Assembly: GCA_010405405.1 (NCBI GenBank)
Contig: MU004236.1
Span: 186,001 to 250,000 of the forward strand
Direction: 5' to 3'
Length of the DNA stretch: 64,000 bases
From: Microthyrium microscopicum
Lineage: Eukaryota
Part shown: positions 1-10,324 of the stretch, in pieces
Numbering within the stretch: the first letter of the stretch is position 1
How the letters are laid out: every line of letters begins with the position of its first letter
Program-made: the position numbers and the translations under genes
The notes under the pieces: generated by a model
What the model saw: only the letters and a program-made list of their open reading frames with translations
The model's database searches: none
Told to the model about the DNA's origin: nothing

Positions 1-871
1 GGCGAAGAATATCTAAGCAGTGACCTGTTGCACCGCGGTTAATGGATTTGGTTGTATAAGCAGATTGAATTAGAACATGCCTGCGTGCTGAATGATAACA
101 GGTTCATCGTTCGCGAAAGGTCCAAGTCCTTGCTTTTGATAGTATCGATAGTTCCAGAACGATGTTTGGCGTAGTAAATTCTACACTTTTAGCAACCTTA
201 ACGTATAATGGCGAAGGGGTTCGCTCACCAGACAGTGCATATGATGCATTGCTTCAACATAACCGACAAACCCTCCTCCAGCCGATTGCTCCAACTTCAC
301 TTGACCTTTGTGGAGTCCAAACTTCGGTCCTTCTTTTGCAGGAATTGAAACGGGCCGTACTATTAAGTTGTAACTTAGTGCCTCAATACTAGGAAGTTGA
401 TCATAGCGATGGCTCACTTACAGTCAACTCCGAGTGCAATCCATGCTTTATCAACATCGTACCCACTGCCGGCCAGTTGTCGATATATCGTCGGTTTTGA
501 AAAACTGCCATTGAAAGGTACGGTATTGTAGCTAACACCAATGTCCTGAAAGATTGGTGAGTCTATACGACTGTCAGCATTGTCAACCCTGGGTTCACTA
601 TGTGGAGAAACGAACCATACTGTTCCGTATACCGGCTACAGACACGATCTAGATCATGATGAATGGTGAATCCGAAAATAAATATCACGTTTCCAATCAG
701 TGAGGCTGCAAATGTTGTGTATATGACTGCCAACAGTACTCTTTTTCTTTGCTCCGCCTTGCAAATGTTCTGACCTATATCAATGTCATCTTGAAGCAAA
801 TTGGCTTGAGACGAGCTTGCATGAAGTGTCTCTTCGCCATGGTAGCTGATATTCAATACATGATAGTCCAT
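1..871 (-). CDS. DUF3328 / UstYa-like oxidase (fungal RiPP/mycotoxin tailoring enzyme), 3' end runs off the window
   Basis: Manual splicing: exons 871-616, 562-422, 359-229, 180-81, 24-<1. The product has an N-terminal TM segment (VLLAVIYTTFAASLIGNVIFIFGF), then ...YRQLAGSGYDVDKAW..., and two HxxHC motifs, VEAMHHMHCLNLLRQ and IQHAGHCLDILR, which are diagnostic of DUF3328. The last intron (80-25) is GC-AG. Confidence 0.9.
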
Positions 872-1647
872 GATGCTTTCTACAGTGCGACAGAAGTTCC
901 AGCTCCAGGAGTATTGAAGGTGCAAAAAGCCCAGATAGAGCCGACTTAGACGACTATTTGAGAAATTTGTAAAACAGCTTCACTCGGAAACCAGAGTAGA
1001 ATGTTGGGGAGATCTGTAGGTAGGACGAGGTACAAACGCTTGTCGAAGCAGTCCTAGAGAGATTCCTAGCATTACAATCTGCTTTCTAAGACAATTGTTC
1101 AGGCATTGATACGCGACACTATCTGAGTAGATCCAGCTTGTCTATATTGAGCTGTTCCTACTAATCTGCCAGGTCTCGCCCCTTTACTTTTATCTGATCT
1201 GTGCCCATATCGCCGAGTGATATATGTGACATTCGGTTGCATTGAAATCCTTTCGCACCAATTTAGGTAGATAGAATATACTATTTTGGGATTGACTGAT
1301 TCATGCCAATAGCCGACGTGGGTAGCCTGTTGGTGAAACACTTCAACGTTGCGCTCCTGTGGAATCTAGGGAATATCATGGCTCCTTCTGACGCAAAAGA
1401 CTTGCCTGATCAAGAAGGAGTTAGTTCAAGAGCGGCGATGCATGAGCGGCGAAGGTTTGGGATCTGTCCGAGGCACCGAAACAGTGCAGTCCTTCATGGA
1501 GTCGATTTGTGAGTTGGCCTTGCGTCTCTGTCGTCTTTATAATGAGCTCATCAGGTCGTCAAGCCATTCAACAATCCAATTTTCTATCATTTTCAGCACC
1601 AAACCATAATTGTCATCCTTACCAAACAACCAGACCATTTCTTGATC

Positions 1648-1872
1648 ATGTTGAGCCTCGTATTCTTGGGCCTCTTTGCTGCCGGAGCTGTGTTTGGAGC
1701 TGCGATACCAAAGGAAGCCGGTGTAAGACTCCATTGCATATTTTTTTCCCTACCGGATCCAATAATCGTAGCAGAACTGACAAATTCTCTCGTACAGGTT
1801 GGTGAACCCATTCAATTTTATGGACAGTACAGTCAATACTCTGGCTATGTACCAACAGTGAAGGCAGAATAG
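1648..1872 (+). CDS. Small secreted Tyr-periodic peptide (49 aa spliced); candidate RiPP precursor A
   Basis: ATG at 1648 and a signal-like N-terminus (MLSLVFLGLFAAGAVFGAAIP). Intron 1723-1797 (GTAAGA...ACTGAC...TACAG). Spliced product: MLSLVFLGLFAAGAVFGAAIPKEAGVGEPIQFYGQYSQYSGYVPTVKAE*. Transcribed divergently from the DUF3328 gene. Confidence 0.7.
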   Translation: MLSLVFLGLFAAGAVFGAAIPKEAGVRLHCIFFSLPDPIIVAELTNSLVQVGEPIQFYGQYSQYSGYVPTVKAE

Positions 1873-2640
1873 CTAGAGGTGGAGGCGGCTGTCTTCAACT
1901 AAACCAGGCTGGACAGTACTAGATGTTCATAGCATAGCATAGCAGTTTATGATCCATGAGCCATTCAAATTCACTGTGTCGTGTGCTATTTAAATAAGTA
2001 TTTCGTGCTCATGGCGATATCTCTCCTCTACATACTCCCTGTCATCATGTCGATGTGTGCTTTTGACCCTTGTGGTGTTTTGCGCACATGGTAATGCAAA
2101 AGATGTTGTGTTCTCAGTATATAGGATTAGACCATTCTCGCGCGTTATTTGCCTTGCTGGTTTGCAGTGAAATTAGTTGGGAGGCAAAACGTACAGAACT
2201 TGGCCATCTTCCACCAAGATGTAAACACAAACTTGGCAGCATTATCCACATTTTTTTCTTTGAAAAAGGATACGAGAACCACTGGTCTTGTTCTTTCTGT
2301 CTATTTTAAAGCTCAGGCTCCAACGACACGGTCCTGGTCTTTCATAGTTTCGATGGGTTTACTCAAAGCGCAAGGAATGTCGAGTGAATGATTCAATATC
2401 CTGACGGGGAGTAGTGAGTACGAAACTGGAAAGGATCAATAGATTGTAGTGAAACCTGGCTGATATACTGGTTGCGATCTAGCTATTGCAAAAGGTAGAG
2501 ACAGACAAGGGCATGTGCTTAAAAAATCTGACAGGAGTAACGATAGAGACAGAGAAAATCAAGTGGTTGAACACTTGTAAAGGATTTCATCCTTCCCACA
2601 CTTCTCCATCAGTGATGGTTACCAGACTCGGCCATGTTAC

Positions 2641-3328
2641 TTAGGACTTATCAGCAGTCTTCTGTCGTTCCTCCTGCTCTTCTGCTTCCTGTCTGGCCTT
2701 GAACTCGGCGTCAAGCTGGGTATAATCATGCTGTTGGCCGTCTGAAAACCATTAGCACATGTTTGTGTGTCAGTAAGGGACGGGACTTGCTGTATTTTGG
2801 AAACTCTTTCTTGAGCTGTTCCCAATCGTCGGCCATGACAAGCTCGTTTGCTCTCTCCATTGTCCCGAGCGGCATGAATATCACATGCTCCTCTCCAGTC
2901 TCATCGCTAAAGGTCATCTTGTGAGGATATCGGACGCCCTTGCATTTAGTTTGCTCCCCATCACGATTTGTAAAGGTAAAGTTACCGCTGGGAAGCTGTT
3001 GTGATCCTGCACCTATCTCCATGATCAATGCACAAGTATTGCTATCGCCTAGAGAGATGCAACAGCCAGGTTCCCGACAGGCAGTTAAAGCGCCACCCCC
3101 GCAGGCAGCACGATTGAATCCGTAAATATCGTTTCCGTTTCGACAGCCTACGCAGTCCCCAGTACTACAAAACGGTTTCTCAGATGTGCAGCAAAAGCCG
3201 AAGTCTTCTCCAGGTTGGGAACACTCCTGTTTAGCGCCACCGCAGCTGTTGTTCTTCCAGAATCGAAGTGTAATGTCGGCCGATGCCAATTGAGTTAGAA
3301 CGAAGAGTGTAAAAACGATGGACTTCAT
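2641..3328 (-). CDS. Secreted cysteine-rich protein (effector-like), unknown family
   Basis: Signal peptide MKSIVFTLFVLTQLASA and about 12 Cys in the N-terminal half, including two CC pairs. A probable GC-AG intron at 2790-2742 (GCAAGT...GCTAAT...TTTCAG) gives the C-terminus NGQQHDYTQLDAEFKARQEAEEQEERQKTADKS*. Confidence 0.75.
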
Positions 3329-4251
3329 TGCGAGGTTAGAATTGTCAAGTGATACTGGTGCTGAATAGAGAATGCTATGGACAGAGGAGACTTACAATGC
3401 GTGTTGTTTGATTCTTATAGAAGAAGAGCTTGTCTACAGAACAATACAACCTTCACTGGTCATGAACACGTCTCTATCTCGCCGTGTTTATGGGATGGAT
3501 TACGTGCCAGTTACTGATTGCTGCGAGGAATCGCCGTCTTCAATATGCTCAGGTCGATATACAGTGTGTGCTTAGATATTGTCGATGCGATGCTACCTTG
3601 ACAAGGAGAACCAGCTTCCTTCGAGCTGCGGATCGTCGCCAGGCAGGAAGAGACTACGAGGTAATCAGGATGTATGTCAAATTAGTATTGCGGCAAAGAT
3701 GAGATATGTTCAACTGTGGCGGAGGAAGAAACGACGAATTCTAGACTTTTATAGGGGCGGCACAGTAAACAGGCAGCAGTAGGATGCCAAGAATGATGCC
3801 TACTATAGATAACCTATAGGAGTTCAGTCGCACGACTCAAACTCTTGCTGTTATGTGCTGTGCCGCCTATATTCTTATTGGTCGACCCCTGGCCTCGAGA
3901 TCGCTAGGATCCAACTTCATTGTTTATGTCTTCTCTTATCTACGTACTAGTACTTATCGGAATTGTAATGTCGAAATCCTTACAACTCCTAGCGGCTCAG
4001 TATTTGAGCTTTGAACTTCAGGAGCTAAATCTCACAGTGAAAGCAAAATAGTGGTTGTTTTCACCAAGTGGAGGTACCTCGCAAAAGAATCGTGAAGTGA
4101 CGTAAATCAAGGCAAATTACGCAGGTACCATGTAGGTAATCATGTAAATATAGTGTATCAAAATCTTGCTAAAGTCTTTCAGGTATGACATGCCAGCGAC
4201 ACAGACTACATGCCCCTTCCCAACAGTGAGTGTCAATAGACTGTGCGAACC

Positions 4252-4497
4252 TCAATGTGCCTTCAGAGAGAGCCCATGATACTGGCCATATGTACCATAC
4301 GATCCTGAACACACGGTTAAGCTCAAGTACCAATGCGTAGGAGGCCTGAGAGTCATACCGACACACCATGGCGTAAGTGGTATACACCAACAATCCTTTG
4401 CCAAACAGTTCCCGTCGGCATGGATGCTAGTTGGCATCCCGAAGATAGCTGCACTGAGCGCAAATAGGACACTCGAGATGGATATGATGTTCTGCAT
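4252..4497 (-). CDS. Small secreted Cys/Tyr-rich peptide (63 aa spliced); candidate RiPP precursor B
   Basis: ATG at 4497 and a signal-like N-terminus (MQNIISISSVLFALSAAIFG). Intron 4358-4305 (GTATGA...CTTAAC...TTCAG). Spliced product: MQNIISISSVLFALSAAIFGMPTSIHADGNCLAKDCWCIPLTPWCVGSYGTYGQYHGLSLKAH*. The tail aligns with precursor A. Confidence 0.65.
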   Translation of the reverse strand: MQNIISISSVLFALSAAIFGMPTSIHADGNCLAKDCWCIPLTPWCVGMTLRPPTHWYLSLTVCSGSYGTYGQYHGLSLKAH

Positions 4498-5350
4498 TGC
4501 TGGTACACGTGGCCAGTCACTCGTGGTACTTAGCGCGAAGGGAGTTGAATAGATGTGAAGTTTATGGTTACTCGGATGAGAATGCCCACCGTTACTCCAT
4601 TGATATATTATTAAAAGGGGAAATGACTCGTACTGACATCCCTGGTAGGAATGATAGGATTGTGGCACGAGTAAGTGTTTTTTTGCATCGCCGCTATGGG
4701 ATTTGGAGAAAGCGTATTGCTTATCAAGGAGGTAGGGAATGATACTATTAGATCCATGATAACATTGATCTTGGCCAGAAGGCTCCGCTGCTGCAACATG
4801 TCGAGACCTCTTTCGGCAGGTAGCATCAAAAATGCCAGCAATTCTAAGCTGCGAGCGCATGCAGGCCTTATCTCACATCGCCGCCATAGAAACGAGACGA
4901 CCGTGGCCATCTATCGTACCCGCCTGAGTAAGTAGTAGACGAGATCTATGTTGGAGCCGCGCTGATAGTAAGTCTCTTTCATCACGGTAGATCTGGGAAT
5001 CTAGAATAGAACGTTTCACCAACAAATGTCACCATTGAGAATCCTTTCTACTCATGATGAATCAATTACCAATCCTTACATCATCCTTGCGGCAGAGCGA
5101 CTGAAGATTCTCGCCTCTTTAACGATAATGGGTATAAATGAGATAAAAGACTCATAATGAATTACCGGATCACCAGCTCAGTACTCAAAAGCAAACACTC
5201 CCACGATCTTTTTGTATTAAACATCTTTAACAGCTCTTTCATTGGTATGATACACCTTACAGTTGCCATTGTCACATTTCCTCAGAAAGATTATGTCGCA
5301 AAGAAAACTGAGTCAAGCTAACTGATATCAAGATCTTGCCAATTCACAAA

Positions 5351-5896
5351 ATGTTTTTCTCGACTGTGACCACCGTGTCTGTCATTACCTTTTCACTACT
5401 TGGCCAAACTTATGGAGCAGTAGTCTTGCCAACAAGAGATATTGCAACACCCGCTCAATTCGAAGGATTTCACGTCCTGACATCGACACCAACCGATAAA
5501 GGTTTGATCACCTGGTATGGATCAAACAATCCGCCCTCCGCTGCCTACAACTGTGGCAATGACGCTCCAATTGATTGCGACAACAGCAATTTAGCTTCAA
5601 AGAACATCTGTCAAGACCTTGCCAATAATCTCAACTCCGATACTGGTGGTGGCCTTCCAGTTTCGCCTCGCTCAGTTTGCATCAATAATGCAGGCAACGT
5701 CTGCTGTATCAGCTGGGCAAACGATGTAGGGGGCATGCTCAAGGGTTATCTGCTCAGTGGCTTCAATAATGCGATGAACAGTTGCAATCCTGGGAACTCT
5801 CAAATCTCAGCTAGGGTCCATAATGCTAGATTGGGAGGTGTTTGTACCACTGAATGTGTTTCAAACAGACCATCTCAATGCACAAACGGTGGTTAA
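5351..5896 (+). CDS. Small secreted cysteine-rich protein (effector-like)
   Basis: Signal peptide MFFSTVTTVSVITFSLLGQTYG and 10 Cys in the pattern C..CDN..C..PRSVC..CCISW..C..CTTECVSNRPSQC. A probable 5'UTR intron lies near 5246-5331. Confidence 0.8.
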   Translation: MFFSTVTTVSVITFSLLGQTYGAVVLPTRDIATPAQFEGFHVLTSTPTDKGLITWYGSNNPPSAAYNCGNDAPIDCDNSNLASKNICQDLANNLNSDTGGGLPVSPRSVCINNAGNVCCISWANDVGGMLKGYLLSGFNNAMNSCNPGNSQISARVHNARLGGVCTTECVSNRPSQCTNGG

Positions 5897-6658
5897 AACT
5901 GTATGCTGAACGATCTGGAGCTTGTACTTGAGACTTGGATCTTTTGTGTTCTTGATGGGGCGACTGTTTCTCGAAGATGTGTTTCAAGGACTACCAGGTA
6001 CCTTGAGCTGGTAGAGGGAGTTTTGCTATTTTGTTGCCGATAGCTGTAGGGTGTTGAATTTTAACCTTCTCTTCTCATCATGTGCGAAAGCTGCTTTAGG
6101 ATGGGAGGTCATTTTGAAAACCCTTCTCATCCTGATTTGCGTCCAACATATAGATATAGTATCTTTCTTGCTCTTTTATTTGCCAGGCCGCGAAAAGCCT
6201 TGAATACTAGTTCAATGTTAACGAGACAGATCAGCCTTGTCTTCATACAATCGATGTCGGTAAGGTTTGCTTGCTGTGATCGTCCAGCCAGTCTTGACGG
6301 GCGTCAATTGATGGTTTCATTTCTCACGACTCGATGTCAGATCATTTACGCGATTTCTTAAGCCTTTCAAGAAGAAAGATTGAATGTGGGTGGTATGTCG
6401 ATTGACTTGCGCTCGGCTGTAAACATTGAAGAAGGGGTGAAGTTAGGTTGAAAACGTGGCGCTTGATATGGGTTCCATGGATGTTTCAGGAGCACAGGAG
6501 GCTCTTCAGAGGGGCTGGCAGCCCCACACCATCTATCGTCGACAAATTGGTTGAGCTTCATCTCATCTCCAAGAGTTTCATCAATTGAGCGAAAGCAAAT
6601 CAGACCTGAGAGACGAGTTCACGGTATCATTGGCCACATCTGAACAAGTTGGGAACTG

Positions 6659-7431
6659 ATGGCTGACCAAGCTGGAAAAGATGCTGCTATCAAGCAACGC
6701 ATCATTTCTCACATGAATAAAGATCACTATGAATCTGTAGGTTGCAGCCTCACCTCAATACTCAATAAACTTTTAACGAAGACTTAGATAGCTTTATATC
6801 TGGAAAACTATAAGGGTTTTTCGAGAATGGCAGCCAAGGGCGCTCAATTGTCCGACCTGACTCTCAATGACCTCACAATCCAAACAAGCAGTCAGCGTGT
6901 AGTGCTCTCGCTAGATCCTCCAATGAAGAGTCTATCAGACTCTCGCGGCCGTCTAGTTGACATGGACAAACAGTGTCGACAACAACTCAATCGTAGTTCC
7001 TTGACAGTTAGGACATTCACATACCCGACCATTGCAGGCTGGGCCGTATTCATCCTCTCGATCTGGACTATCTGGATGTTGTCTTCGGTTAAAAACATAT
7101 ACCCCGGTGGCTTCCACTATGAGTATTTTTTAAAACATATTCCACTGCTTCCCGCCATCGCGCAGAACTTACGATGGCCGATTCTTGCGTTCATAATAGT
7201 TGCGCATACGGGCGAAGCATATCTTATGACAGGACGGATGAAGCACCACAATGTACCGCCATTTTCAGGATTATGGCTGGCTTGGGTTGTTGATAATTGG
7301 TGTGAAGGCTTTGGTGCAATTCAAAGGTATAGATGACATTTTGAACATATATCATTGGTTTCTAATCTTGATCTAGATTCAATGCACTGATCAAGGAGAT
7401 GAGGGTGGCCGCTGAGAGCAAGAAGCATTGA
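6659..7431 (+). CDS. DUF2470-domain integral membrane protein
   Basis: Exon 1 reads MADQAGKDAAIKQRIISHMNKDH (DUF2470-type RIISHMNxDH motif). Introns at about 6737-6787 and 7327-7376. The C-terminal TM segments include IIVAHTGEAYLM...WLAWVVDNWCEGFGAIQRF. Confidence 0.8.
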
Positions 7432-7858
7432 TCTTTCTATGATTGATTTTGTACACAAAGTGCAGTCTTTGGCTATACTCTGATTGACTTTATCACCTTA
7501 CATAAAGGTTTGGAAATAAAACTAATCTCTGTATATAATACACAAGTCGCATCTTTCTCGTATATATGGGACTTCTCTTCTCGTCGCTATCATGAACTGC
7601 AAAAATCATAGACCACTTGTTCAAAATCAACAGCTAATAAAGGGAGCCTGCTTTGTTTTTGATCTTCTACCAAACCCTTCAAAACAATAACATAGAATAA
7701 TCTTGTGTACTGTTGTTGTTGAATTGGCTTGAAAGGTTCCCCACATTTGGAGTTGCTTACTGGTAGATCGGATGCCGACGCTTGCCGCGACAGCTACCTC
7801 ATCCACCACTAGGTATTGTTTCTCCACTTCTTCAACTCTAAGCTCCAATTTCATCACA

Positions 7859-8964
7859 ATGTCTCTTCCCAAAACCGTCCCTCGAATTGCACGAACCGCA
7901 CGCTTTGCTCGTTTCCACGCTGGTCGACAGGACACCTCCTGCCGTAGATTTGCCACCGCAGTTGGCGATCATGTCTCCATTGTCGAAGTCGGACCTCGCG
8001 ACGGCCTTCAGAACGAGAAGAACACCATCTCTTTGGAGACGAAAACAAGCCTGATTGAGCGATTAGCCAAGACAGGTCTGTCTACCATCGAGGCTGGCGC
8101 GTTCGTAAGCCCGAAATGGATACCGCAGGTTTGATGTATGCATACGCTTCCTTGGGCGAAACTCACCCTTAATAGATGGCAAACTCCGACCAAGTACTAC
8201 AGCATCTACTTGAACCCCACGATCTACCAAAACACATCAAATACCAATTCCTCGTCCCCAACAGCAAAGGCCTAGAAAGCTTTCTCGCTCTATACGAAAA
8301 ACAAGCGCCCAAAGACCACGAGCCTATGGAAGTATCAATCTTCACCGCCGCCACCGAATCATTCGCCCAAAAGAACACAAACTGCAGCATCGCCGAATCC
8401 CTCACCCGCTTCGAGCCTGTCTTCTCCACCGCCAAAGCACACAATATCCGCGTGCGCGCTTACATTTCCGTCGCCCTTGGTTGCCCCTATGAAGGGCCTG
8501 ACGTCGATCCTAAAGTCGTCGCTGACCTCGCCGTAGACCTTCTACAGCTTGGCGCAGAACAAATTAGCATTGGCGATACTACTGGTATGGGCACGGCGCC
8601 CAAGACGCGTATATTACTGAAGACGTTGGCGGCAGCGGGGGTGGAGATGCAGGATGTTGCGCTGCATCTGCACGACACGTATGGGCAGGCGCTGGTGAAT
8701 GCCGTGGTGGGCGCTGAGGCTGGAGTGCGTGTGTTTGACGCGAGTGTCGCTGGACTAGGCGGGTGTCCATATAGTCCTGGCGCGACAGGGAATGTGCCGA
8801 CGGAGGATATGGTATACTTGTTTGAAACTCTGGGACTCAGCACTGGGGTAGATTTGCCAGCGTTGGCGGAAGTGGGGGAGTGGATTTCGCGAGAGACGGG
8901 CCGGAGTAATGAGAGTCGGGTTGGCAAAGGGACGTTGGCGCGAGCACGTCGGAAGCAGAACTGA
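7859..8964 (+). CDS. HMGCL: Hydroxymethylglutaryl-CoA lyase (mitochondrial)
   Basis: Motifs [23 protein letters not shown] and [12 protein letters not shown]...TGNVPTED, plus an Arg-rich mitochondrial presequence. Intron 8129-8175. Confidence 0.95.
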
Positions 8965-10324
8965 ATGATCTGTACGGCCCGAATTGTTTGTTGTCTTGAT
9001 AACTGGCTTAAAGGGGCTCTAAATACGTGGGATTACATGCATGCCGATGATCCCATCTAAGATCGTGCTGTATGCTGGATTAGGACCAAAAAGTGGTCAA
9101 GAAGACAAGATTTGGGGTTTATTTGCTATTTGGGCGTTTGATATCCCTGTATGGAGCGGGACTCGTATCTGATCAAGGCTTAATATGATGTGTTCCCAAC
9201 GCGTGTGATACGACGATAACGCGGTTGTTGATTGTGTGAGCACATGATTGAAAAGCACCCGATGTTATGTTACCGATCATATAGATTTATTGGAGAATCA
9301 TAGAAGAGGGTGGTGTCTGGAATTTAATAGGTCGGAGCAATAGGTATTTACATTATACCCTGACAGTAGGCATATTTTCAGCCTTGCGGTACATGATTGG
9401 CTCAATGGGACTGGACAGGGAATTGCCAATCGGCTACTGGAACCAACATATAAGCTAGTGTATCAAGTGGTCAAGAACAAGAACTTTTGGTGGATAGATA
9501 CGTTTACAATACCAAGTCGTCCAAAAACAAGACGGATGTTTACGCTTACAGCGCTATGTAAATTTGTAAAATCTGAAATGGTAAAGAAAAATGAATTAAT
9601 CGGGCCTTTACATACAAGACTTTCTTATAGTTCGGGCTGGTGTATGTTCTGTGGCTCAACGCACCTGCCACTCAACGGCTTGTTGCGGGAACTAGCGATT
9701 GTGCCTGCCAATAGAAGCAGCCAAATGTTGCAAGAGGGGTCGCGGCAAGAGGAAGGAGCGTTGGGAGTCCAATGGAATTTAGAGAAGACAGGCGCGACTC
9801 GTGGACGGGAAAGAGCAGATCCCTGTCAGTGGATTGTGGCTTCCTAACGTTCAGTTGTTCCTTCCCCCTAAATCTCAAGATTCTATGAATCCATGCCCAG
9901 AGTATCACGGGCAGGTACGCTGCATCTCTACCACGTCTGCTAAACATCGCGACTGCACCTACAAGTCAAAAGTCTACATAGACGATCGGGCCTTGAGACA
10001 GCAGATCCGCTCACTCTTCTCTTCTTTCACTTGTTGCGAATTTGTATTTCTCTTTTCCCTCAATTGATATCTTTCAGACTGTAAACTTTATCCTGCATCC
10101 TCCACGTCTCAGCGCATCTCCTAATCCTATTGCGCAGATCCCGAAATCCGCCTCGCTTGTCCGCCCTATCTTCCTTTCGCCATCATTTGGTAATAACATT
10201 TGCAATCGGTCGCCTAGACGTACATCTACTCCGTAATACTGTCTCCTTCACCTCCTTCGTCGCCTCCTCCCGATATTCATACTACACGTAATGATCCGCA
10301 ATATCCAATAATATCACATCCAAA

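Noticed and set aside
4497..4860. N-terminal 120 aa of the 202 aa ORF 4252..4860(-)
   Set aside because: The composition is non-coding-like. The signal peptide starts at the internal ATG 4497, and a TATA-like element lies near 4604-4610 within this stretch, so it is promoter/UTR.
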